A stretch of DNA of 63,788 nucleotides, filler included. It is 16 parts of 16 records of this genome, joined end to end, with 100 filler letters (N's around TTAATTAATTAA, not from the genome) between each part and the next. Parts side by side here need not be neighbours in the genome. Positions count along the whole stretch, not along the records: positions 55,296 to 59,960 come from SRR15195285_14087; positions 60,061 to 63,788 come from SRR15195285_14126; 14 more parts are not named here. One strand, 5' to 3'. Positions 55,764 through 63,788 of this stretch are shown piece after piece. The number at the start of each line of letters is the position of its first letter. The stretch's first letter is position 1. A model generated the notes under the pieces. It saw only the letters and a program-made list of their open reading frames with translations, was not told the DNA's origin and searched no databases. The position numbers and the translations under genes were made by a program.

Positions 55764-57695
55764 ATGAGCTCATCGCCCGGCGGACGTTGCGGGCAAGTAC
55801 TTGCCACGCTGCCGGTGGGAGCGACGCCGCAGGCTCAGTTTTGTCGGTCGAGACGGCTGCGCCACAACCCGCGGTTGCGGCGGCTGGCGGCTCATGTTGC
55901 TGCCGTCGGGCCGCAGGAGCTCGATGAAGCTGCGCCCGTGCCGTGCGCTGACATGGACGACCCGCAATATGGATGGACGAAGCAGATGCGCGGCATCATC
56001 TGGGAGCACCATGGCGGTGACCTGCGTGCGGCGGAGGCCGAGCTGACGCAGGCGGGACAGGTCTTCAAGGGGAAGCAACATGAAACGCTGCAGGCAATGG
56101 CGAAGGAGTACGGCCAGGAGAACTTTTCGATCCCTCGACGATCATCTGGCTGGGGCGCTGACGAGACGCTTGAGCCGTGGCTTGTCATCAGCGATCCGGA
56201 GGACGCTCAGCGGATCTCACGCCTGCACACGAAGAAGGCAGGCGTGTACCAGCCAACGTTCTTAGGTGAGGGGATATTCGCACTGAACGATCTGAACGAG
56301 TGGAAGTCGCAACGGCACCAGATCGTGGCCGGCGTCCTCCCGCTTTCCTCGCTCAAGAAGCAGTTTGACTTTGTGAAGGGCAGCGGGAATGATCTGATCG
56401 TGGCACTGCACCGCCGCTGCGTAGGAGGTTCGCAGCTGATTGAAATGAACGAAGTCTTTGCGGACCACACGCTCCGTACACTTGGTATGACGCTCATGGA
56501 CTGCGAGGACATCTTCACGGCTCACTCAGAAGGTATCCGCTGGAGTATGACGTGGAATCTATCAGGCTTCTTGGAACCACAAGATACATGGGAAGGGAAG
56601 GGCGGTGCGTTTGTCGATGGTGTCACCGGGGGCTTACAAGAGCGCACGTACGCACAAAAGATTGGAGTCATTGATGGGACGGCTGCACCAAACAGCCCCG
56701 AGGAAGCGGCTCAGGTCCGCGCTTTTATCGACGGAATAGCATCACAGTGCCTGGCGCGTGCAAAACAGGCTGAATGCCAACCCACCGTCGACGAAAACGG
56801 CAAGCCAGAGCTAGGCGCAGGCCATCTCATGGCCATGGCGGCGGAACTCAACACGATGGAGCGCAAACATGAATATCCAGACCTGACAAAATCCTTACCG
56901 ACGCCGACGCCGACTGGTATGAGCAACATCGAGCAGTCGCAGCTGGATACAATTAGCTCTCTGATCTTTGCTGGTCACGATACGACTGCAAATACTCTGA
57001 CCTGGTGCTGCTACGAGCTGGCAAAGAACCCTGCAATTCAGAATCGGTTGCGTGAAGAGATTGATGGCGTGATTGATGTCGATCTGCAGCGCCCGCTTAC
57101 GTACGACGACCTCTCCGCACTTCCATATCTCACGCGCGTGCTGCACGAGACTCTCCGTCTCTGGCCGATTGTGCATTACGGCACGTTCCGAGAGTTGGTT
57201 ACCTCTGCCAAAGTCAAGGGAGCAAATGGCGCGTCTGTGGAGGTTCCAGCTGGCACATGCGTACAGATTCCTCACTACTCGGTCCACCACTCCGAACAGT
57301 CATGGGGTCCGACCGTTAACGAATTCGATCCCGACCGAGACTTCAGGGAAAAGGAGCTGTGGGGTGAGACCAAAGATGGAAAGCCGCTCTTCAGAGCTTG
57401 GAACCCCCGCTCGGAGCGGTTCTTCCCTTTCCAATCAGCACCGCGTCAATGCCTTGGGATGAATTACGCCCAAATGGTGATGCGTGTAACCCTGACGTCT
57501 CTGGTGCGGACGTTTGATATCACGCTTGCGCCGTCAATGCACGGCGTTCCCTCATCTGAGATGGGCATTGCTCGGCCGCTGCTCAAACCTGTACGGGGGG
57601 TCTGGCTCAAGCTTACACCGCGCAAAGGCCTGACGCCAGAGGCCGTCAAGGTACCGCTCGCTCCCCGACCACCGTGTGGCCGCTTTAAACTGTAA
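55764..57695 (+). CDS. Cytochrome P450
   Basis: WKSQR (C-helix), FAGHDTT (I-helix), ETLR (K-helix), FDPDR, and heme loop FFPFQSAPRQCLG. Start codon uncertain. Confidence 0.95.
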   Translation: MSSSPGGRCGQVLATLPVGATPQAQFCRSRRLRHNPRLRRLAAHVAAVGPQELDEAAPVPCADMDDPQYGWTKQMRGIIWEHHGGDLRAAEAELTQAGQVFKGKQHETLQAMAKEYGQENFSIPRRSSGWGADETLEPWLVISDPEDAQRISRLHTKKAGVYQPTFLGEGIFALNDLNEWKSQRHQIVAGVLPLSSLKKQFDFVKGSGNDLIVALHRRCVGGSQLIEMNEVFADHTLRTLGMTLMDCEDIFTAHSEGIRWSMTWNLSGFLEPQDTWEGKGGAFVDGVTGGLQERTYAQKIGVIDGTAAPNSPEEAAQVRAFIDGIASQCLARAKQAECQPTVDENGKPELGAGHLMAMAAELNTMERKHEYPDLTKSLPTPTPTGMSNIEQSQLDTISSLIFAGHDTTANTLTWCCYELAKNPAIQNRLREEIDGVIDVDLQRPLTYDDLSALPYLTRVLHETLRLWPIVHYGTFRELVTSAKVKGANGASVEVPAGTCVQIPHYSVHHSEQSWGPTVNEFDPDRDFREKELWGETKDGKPLFRAWNPRSERFFPFQSAPRQCLGMNYAQMVMRVTLTSLVRTFDITLAPSMHGVPSSEMGIARPLLKPVRGVWLKLTPRKGLTPEAVKVPLAPRPPCGRFKL

Positions 57696-57745
57696 TGTAA
57701 ACGATTGATATTAAACCATTGAATGAACTGCAATGCATTGACAAA

Positions 57746-59842
57746 CTATGTTCCTTCCGGCTTCACTGGAGACTCTTGCCTTGCGCGGCCCCATGACGAT
57801 GAACTCGAGCTTGGGCTGTCTGAGTCCCTGTCTGGTTGTTCATCACTCTCGTCACTCTTTCTCTTAGAGGAGCGATGCTTTGCCTTCTTCTCCTTCTTCT
57901 TCTTTTTCTTGTTCCGATGCTTCTTGCTATGCTTTTTACTGTGCTTCTTCTTGTAGTCCTTCTTCCGCTTTTTGCTCGAGGAGGATTTTGAAACCTTCTC
58001 CTTCATCTCGCTGAGAAGGGATGCAAGGCTTGGTGCGGGGATTGGTTTTTCCATCTCACGCCGTCGTGCCTGCTCCTCTGCTGCCTCCTTCGCCTTGCGT
58101 GCTTTGATCGCTGCAATTTCGGCTTGCTGCTCTCGTTTCAAACGCGCTGCCTCTTCTGCTATGGCGGCTTCCTTCGCTGCCTTTTTCTCCTCCTCAGCCA
58201 GCTTTTTCCGTGTTGCTGCAAGATACAGGGTTGCATTCGCCCGAGTCCTCGCGTTTGCCTGCGAGCGATTATCAACTGGGCGGACATGGTTATCAATCCT
58301 AGCTGAGGCTGACGCTGAACCAGCCTCAGGTTTCGCTGGACCCGTCGTCACATGTTCACGAGCAGCCTCGTCACCTGTTCCACTCGATGCCACGCTGTTG
58401 CTACCAGTCTGTCGGCCATCGTTGCAATGAGTCGCGGGATGCTCAGTCCTGGTATCAGGTAGTAGTGTTAAGGCATACTCAAACTCCCCAACTGCTTTTG
58501 ACAGCATCCCTTGGTTCGCGTACGCTGCACCACGGGCCACGTACGCTTCCGCGTGCGTTTTGTCTATATGCAAGGCGTAAGAGTAGTGCTTCATCGCCCC
58601 CGTGTAGTCTCCACGTTTGGCACAACTCACCCCACGGGCTACAGCATCAGCTGCATGTGTGTAGTTCTGTTGCTTGCGGAGGACCAGGTACTCTGGGATG
58701 CCACCGTTGCCATCGTCGTCTTCACCGCCGACACGAGCTCCGTATTTGTCAATTGTTCGCGTGCTGTTCTGCAGTACAAACGAGAACGAGCGACCCTGCT
58801 TGAAGCATGTCCGAACCAGTGTGTCTTCGACTGTGCTAGCTGTCGTGCTGATTTCATCCGTGCTAGGTAGTGCTTCGAGGCCCGGATCGCGACTTTTGCT
58901 ACCACCGCCCTGTGGGCAGCTAACCCGAAGTCCAAACGAGCTTGCCATACTTTCTACTGCGTATGGATTCGCGAATGCGGCTTCGCTCTCTAGAACACTG
59001 TTGAAGGGTGGCTGCGACCGCTTACGCTTCCGTCCGCGCCCGTATCCGTGCGTGACACTCTGAGCAGCGGCGAGGGACCCGTGACCGGGACCGTCACCAC
59101 AATCGACGTCATCATCACTGCCAGATGACGAAGAAGACAGCACAGATCGATATGACGACGCTGAAGGCGAAAATAGCCCCAAGTCTGGCGCTCCGGCGGC
59201 GTAAAGCGCTCGCACGAGCGTGTCACGAAAGCTGAGTTCGAGTTGCGGTGCTGGCTGCTGCTGCTGCATGCTGTCCCCACTAGCAATGAGTGCAGCGTCT
59301 GCACACACGCGCAAGATTATCCCTCGGACATGGTCGCCCGGGACGAAACGCCCGAGCAGGTGAGCAGCGCGTGCGCGCGATGATACCACATCGTCCGCCA
59401 GCTCAGCAGCATTGCACCGTGCAATGATCTGCAGCTGCCACAGATGACGGAGGTGCTCCGGCGGTCGGACGAAACTCCCACCCGGGGACAGCAGACGTAC
59501 CTTCCGCAAGCGGACCAGCAGCGCAGCGTCCTCGATCGCTGTCACCTTGCCCTCGACGACCATTCCTTCGCATAGACCCTCGAGGATCGCCTGCTTACGC
59601 GAACGGGTAGAGCCTGTCGTGAGCGGCGGCGAGGCGGCGCGCTCGTCCAGCCAGCTGCCTGTGTACTGTTCCAGCGGGGGAGCAGCGCAGAAGGACCAAC
59701 ATCGCGAGGCCAACGAGCACGCGTCACCGCTCTGCCGCTCGGGCACCTGCGACAGCGCGCGGGCGATTTGACCCACCCGTGCATCCAGCTGCACTGCAGC
59801 CATACGCACAGCGCTGCTCACGCTGTGCTCAGCCGTGGACAT
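57746..59842 (-). CDS. TTC14: TTC14-like protein (S1 domain + TPR + Lys-rich tail)
   Basis: S1-like GMVVEGKVTAI...FVPGDHVRGII. FANPYAVESMASSFGL. LRKQQNYTHAADAVARGV followed by TPR AEAYVARGAAYANQG. Poly-Lys C-terminus. Confidence 0.85.
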   Translation of the reverse strand: MSTAEHSVSSAVRMAAVQLDARVGQIARALSQVPERQSGDACSLASRCWSFCAAPPLEQYTGSWLDERAASPPLTTGSTRSRKQAILEGLCEGMVVEGKVTAIEDAALLVRLRKVRLLSPGGSFVRPPEHLRHLWQLQIIARCNAAELADDVVSSRARAAHLLGRFVPGDHVRGIILRVCADAALIASGDSMQQQQPAPQLELSFRDTLVRALYAAGAPDLGLFSPSASSYRSVLSSSSSGSDDDVDCGDGPGHGSLAAAQSVTHGYGRGRKRKRSQPPFNSVLESEAAFANPYAVESMASSFGLRVSCPQGGGSKSRDPGLEALPSTDEISTTASTVEDTLVRTCFKQGRSFSFVLQNSTRTIDKYGARVGGEDDDGNGGIPEYLVLRKQQNYTHAADAVARGVSCAKRGDYTGAMKHYSYALHIDKTHAEAYVARGAAYANQGMLSKAVGEFEYALTLLPDTRTEHPATHCNDGRQTGSNSVASSGTGDEAAREHVTTGPAKPEAGSASASARIDNHVRPVDNRSQANARTRANATLYLAATRKKLAEEEKKAAKEAAIAEEAARLKREQQAEIAAIKARKAKEAAEEQARRREMEKPIPAPSLASLLSEMKEKVSKSSSSKKRKKDYKKKHSKKHSKKHRNKKKKKKEKKAKHRSSKRKSDESDEQPDRDSDSPSSSSSSWGRARQESPVKPEGT

Positions 59843-60060
59843 CGCTCGTGCTCCCCGCAGGGAGGTCCCTCGTCGTTCGCCGCCTGGCTGCTGCGATGCT
59901 GGCTGCGCGCGAGATGGATCGCGCGCGCGCCATGGGGTGCAGCCGGGAAAAGAGGCCAGANNNNNNNNNNNNNNNNNNNNNNNNNNNNNNNNNNNNNNNN
60001 NNNNTTAATTAATTAANNNNNNNNNNNNNNNNNNNNNNNNNNNNNNNNNNNNNNNNNNNN

Positions 60061-62535
60061 AGTGACAGTGACAGTGACAGTGACAGTGATTCCACGGTGG
60101 AAGTGGAGGCGGAGATCAACTGCACTAGCTTTGTGGGCCTAAAGAACCACGGCGCAACGAGCTACATGAACAGTTTGGTACAGGCACTGTACATGACGCC
60201 AGAATTCCGCCGTGCTTTGTATCGATGGCAATGGAATGCGCGGCAAGGCGAGTCGAAGAAAGGCTCAATTTCATACCAGCTTCAAAAGCTCTTCTGTCTT
60301 CTGAACACGAAGACCGAAGCAGTAGACACTGAGCAACTGACGGCATCGGTCGGTTGGACTGCTGCAGATGCGTTTCAGCAGCACGATGTTGGCGAGCTAT
60401 TCGACATAATTTGTGACTCACTCGAGAACAGCTGTCGCAGCACGACAGGAGCAGCGGAAATCAAAAGCCTGTTTGTCGGCCATGAGAACCAGTACGTACG
60501 ATGCGAAGCGTGTGGGTTCAAAAGTAGCAGGAACGAAGAATTCAACGCCGTAACCATACCAGTGAAGCAGCACGGGGACCCCAGCTCGATCGCATCGATA
60601 GAGGAGGGCCTCAACAACTACTACAAGCCCGAGCGCGTGCGCGGTGACAATCAGTGGTACTGCGAGCACTGCAAGACCAAGGTGAACGCCGAAAAGGGTG
60701 TCATTATGTCGACAGTTCCGTACATCCTTGCGATCAATTTGCAAAGATTTGTCTTCGACTGGACCATTGACCAGGCTACCAAGCTCGGAGACAAAGTTTC
60801 GTTTCCGGAGACTCTAGATGTTGCGCGATATCTGGACGGGACTCCAGCTCCGTCGGAAGAAAGCTTAGCAGACGAAACTCATCACAATGATTTTGGTAAG
60901 GATGGTTCGAGCACATTAATGCACGGTCGTTCTGCTATTGGACTCAAATTGCCAGACACATTGAATTACGACCTTTACGCAATTCTGGTGCATCAAGGTC
61001 AAACAACTAGCGGCCACTACTATGCCTACATTCGGGACTTCGAGGAAAATGAGTGGTTCGAGTTCAACGATGAAGAGGTCACGGGCCCCCTGGACAGTAG
61101 TCAGTGGCAACAGGCTTTCGGTGGATATACCTACAACACGTCTGGCTACAAGGTTGCGCAAGGGACAGCCTATATGCTCATGTACCGGCGCCGGGACCCC
61201 GCGGTCAACATCGACAGTGTGCCTGACGTGTTCATTCCACAGCACGTACTGACAGACATTGCACAGGAGGGCATTGTGGCGTCGAGGGGCAACGTTGGAT
61301 GTCCTTCACGCCCTCCAACATCTGTACTGCGAAGGACGCCGTTGATTTCAGAGACCGCTGCGTCGTTGCCGACGGCGACTGAGCTAACGCGGTATGGAAT
61401 TTCTGTTGCTGGACTAGACTATGCTCTCAATCGGTTTCGCGTGACGGACGACATGACCACTAGCGACGTCTGCCACAGACATATCCGCCCAGAAACCGTA
61501 CCGACTGGCTGGCGGGATGACGTCAAGCTGATCGATCCAGACCAAAGGTGGTACGAGCACAGGTACTTCAGCATGGCAACAAACACGTACCAGAAACATG
61601 CACCTGCAGGTACTCAGTCGCTTTGTGAATATTATCGCTCAGAAGCAGCGACGGCCAAATACGTTGGCTCTCCGACCATCTTTTTATCACACGCGTGGAA
61701 GTACAAATGCCGTGAGTTGTTGCAAACGCTTCGAGAATTCCAAGCCAGCCTACCCGGAGCTGATGAGGGCGAGGAGATAGAGCTATTCTTTTGGTTCGAC
61801 TGCTTCTGTGTCAACCAACACGTAGGACAGGACCTACCAAAACTCCGGGATGCCTGTTACGCACTTGATTGTGACCGAGATGGTACCATCACTGCAGACC
61901 AATTGCGCCAGGTCGTTTTGGAACAAAAAGAGCTATCTCCAGCAAAGGTGGATGAGCTATTGGATATAACGCGCGCCAGTGCTGCCGAACACAACACCGG
62001 CGTAAACTACAGCTCGTTCATTGATGCCATCAAGCGTGAGTGGTGGGGTGCCACGTTCAAGCAGTCCATCAAGCAGATTGGCCACACTTTGATGGTCCTC
62101 TCGCCATGGAATGCTCCAGTGACGCTAAAACGTGCATGGTGCCTCTGGGAAGTCTTTTGCAGCGTGGAGACTGGCACTTACTTTGATGTGTTGCTTGGTG
62201 AGACCGATCGGATCGAATTTGAGCGAGCAGTGCAAGCTGATTTCAACTCTGTAGACGCCGTCATTCGCAACGTGGACATCATGCAGGCAGAAGCTGGCGA
62301 TCCGAACGATCTGATGATGATCAAATTGGAAATTGAAGAGTTCGAGCGACGCACAAACAAGCAAGTAAACGAAGTTGTCCGTAGTACATTTCTCAAATGG
62401 ATGAAACGCTACAACCATGATGCTGTAGCCCTGTCCCAAGCAATTAACAACGAAGCGTCGCAAGAACGTGCAGAGCAATACAAGGAATACGGGGCTATTG
62501 CATCACACGAACCGGTCCCGCCGGGTGCGAAGTAG
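60061..62535 (+). CDS. USP (C19)-family domain with Cys-to-Ser substitution, fused to a TIR/HET-like domain with an inserted EF-hand pair (5'-truncated)
   Basis: Frame is open from the contig edge ((SD)n repeat). Cys box reads GLKNHGATSYMNSLVQ. QQHDVGE, two CxxC, and His box HQGQTTSGHYYAYIR...WFEFNDEEV. Then FLSHAWKY...FFWFDCFCVNQH, DCDRDGTITADQL, and IGHTLMVLSPW...LKRAWCLWE. Confidence 0.9.
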   Translation, partial: SDSDSDSDSDSTVEVEAEINCTSFVGLKNHGATSYMNSLVQALYMTPEFRRALYRWQWNARQGESKKGSISYQLQKLFCLLNTKTEAVDTEQLTASVGWTAADAFQQHDVGELFDIICDSLENSCRSTTGAAEIKSLFVGHENQYVRCEACGFKSSRNEEFNAVTIPVKQHGDPSSIASIEEGLNNYYKPERVRGDNQWYCEHCKTKVNAEKGVIMSTVPYILAINLQRFVFDWTIDQATKLGDKVSFPETLDVARYLDGTPAPSEESLADETHHNDFGKDGSSTLMHGRSAIGLKLPDTLNYDLYAILVHQGQTTSGHYYAYIRDFEENEWFEFNDEEVTGPLDSSQWQQAFGGYTYNTSGYKVAQGTAYMLMYRRRDPAVNIDSVPDVFIPQHVLTDIAQEGIVASRGNVGCPSRPPTSVLRRTPLISETAASLPTATELTRYGISVAGLDYALNRFRVTDDMTTSDVCHRHIRPETVPTGWRDDVKLIDPDQRWYEHRYFSMATNTYQKHAPAGTQSLCEYYRSEAATAKYVGSPTIFLSHAWKYKCRELLQTLREFQASLPGADEGEEIELFFWFDCFCVNQHVGQDLPKLRDACYALDCDRDGTITADQLRQVVLEQKELSPAKVDELLDITRASAAEHNTGVNYSSFIDAIKREWWGATFKQSIKQIGHTLMVLSPWNAPVTLKRAWCLWEVFCSVETGTYFDVLLGETDRIEFERAVQADFNSVDAVIRNVDIMQAEAGDPNDLMMIKLEIEEFERRTNKQVNEVVRSTFLKWMKRYNHDAVALSQAINNEASQERAEQYKEYGAIASHEPVPPGAK

Positions 62536-63385
62536 ACGCGGCGGAGCAGCTCCGGGAGCAGCTACGACGAGCAGGAATGACCTAGAGGTGTGAACGCACC
62601 GCAACTAGTAGTCAAATGCGATACGATCGTATCATGAGGTACCCTATCCCCTTCTTCATGCGTGGATACGAAATTGGAGACAGTATTGGTAGCTTGAGCC
62701 TGTGCAGATGAATGTGACTGGCCGTGCGTATTTTCAACTCACGAATGAGATCGTTGAGAATCGCGTGCAAACCGTCCAAGATGCAGTACGAGCACTCGGA
62801 GATGTGATGAGTGCGTCATGCGTGGCAAGCGTTGCGAGACTAGACGAAAAGGGCCAGCGGGTGCAGAAGCGAGCATGGCTGGAATTCCAAACCTATGAGT
62901 ATGGCTACACGAACTTCTAGAGGTGTGGCTACGACCACTTATTTGTAGGAGTGGTGCACACAATACTTAAGCCCCTATGCTTATCAGGGAGCTAACGGAG
63001 CGTAGGAAGCGGTATCTTCAAAATACAGGTGCATCGTGTGTCTGCCAGCCGGGCAGACGCGACGACTCGGCTCGAAGCAGTGCGAGGACCCACAGAACCA
63101 CATGCCACACGGCGTGAGTCGCAGAGAGGTGGTGCACGCGCGTGCAGTAGGTGGCACCACGTCGCAGCTGACCGATTTGCAGCTAAAGGCGGTGAGCTCG
63201 GAGCAGATGTGCGAGGTCTGCCGTGCGTGTGAATATATTTCGACTTGCTTGTGACTTAAGCCAGATCCGCAATAATTCCCAGTTGACCCCTTATAGATGA
63301 TGCACCCACATTCATGCAAGTGTCGAGTTGGTTCACGCGACACTTTCAGAATATCTCCTGATTTCCGAATTACCGCGGATTTGCC

Positions 63386-63745
63386 TTAAGTCACAAGCAG
63401 TGGGTCGCGACTGAGGGTGCACACGAATCCCAAACTTTTTGGAAGATTCGGTCGACCACACCGTCGGCGTCGACCTGCTTGTCCGTGCGCAGCTCGCTTT
63501 GCCCAGCCACTCGGCCACGCGAGTGCTGGTCGCTGTGCATTGTCTGGCAGCAGGTGGCTGATCGTCTGCTTGTCGGCAGTTGAGATCCCGGTCGCTGGCT
63601 GCTCAACGAGTGCCAAGAACGCCCTGACCGCGATGGACAGCACATCCATCTTTTTCGGCGCAGTGTCTTCGTCGTCCGAATCCTCTCCCTCTCCATCCTC
63701 ATCATCCTCCTCGTCACTGCTGTCCACTCCGATGTGAACGCCTGT
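63386..63745 (-). CDS. Exon of an unidentified gene (acidic tract)
   Basis: tttacag acceptor near 63744, then GVHIGVDSSDEEDDEDGEGEDSDDEDTAPKKMDVLSIAVRAFLALV. Confidence 0.45.
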   Translation of the reverse strand, partial: TGVHIGVDSSDEEDDEDGEGEDSDDEDTAPKKMDVLSIAVRAFLALVEQPATGISTADKQTISHLLPDNAQRPALAWPSGWAKRAAHGQAGRRRRCGRPNLPKSLGFVCTLSRDPLLVT

Positions 63746-63788
63746 AAAATGTATGTACATGTATTGACTCAGGGTCACAGCTGCGGGG

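Noticed and set aside
60061-60090. (AGTGAC)n as a telomere-like repeat
   Set aside because: In frame with the USP ORF and encodes Ser-Asp repeats.
62540-63380. Possible downstream exons (TPRs) of the USP-TIR gene
   Set aside because: Only short interrupted frames with no TPR pattern; left unassigned.

Overview
This window is not one continuous locus. It is 16 short (about 3-6 kb) contigs joined by 100-nt artificial linkers (44 N + TTAATTAATTAA + 44 N), so synteny across linkers means nothing. The DNA is GC-rich eukaryotic nuclear sequence with short GT-AG introns, micro-exons, Glu-Pro repeats and a ciliary-type gene. This fits an uncultured flagellated heterotrophic protist (Picozoa-like is my inference, not shown). 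About 25 genes or gene fragments are recognisable: a class I fumarase, a P450, TTC14, a CRAL-TRIO/GOLD protein, a receptor TKL kinase, a Ctr copper transporter fused to an HMA domain, several secreted carbohydrate-active enzymes, an NYN nuclease, and a >1100-aa ORF missing from the ORF track. The best candidate for a new system is the last contig. There a USP deubiquitinase whose catalytic Cys is replaced by Ser is fused to a TIR/HET-like domain that keeps its WCxxE motif and carries an inserted EF-hand pair, which looks like a ubiquitin-sensing or decoy immune/cell-death receptor. Also notable are a probably palindromic MITE ending in the RAG/Transib heptamer CACAGTG, a BTHB domain on an EF-hand protein, and a PH-GAF multipass membrane protein. 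All domain calls are by eye from motifs; no searches were run.
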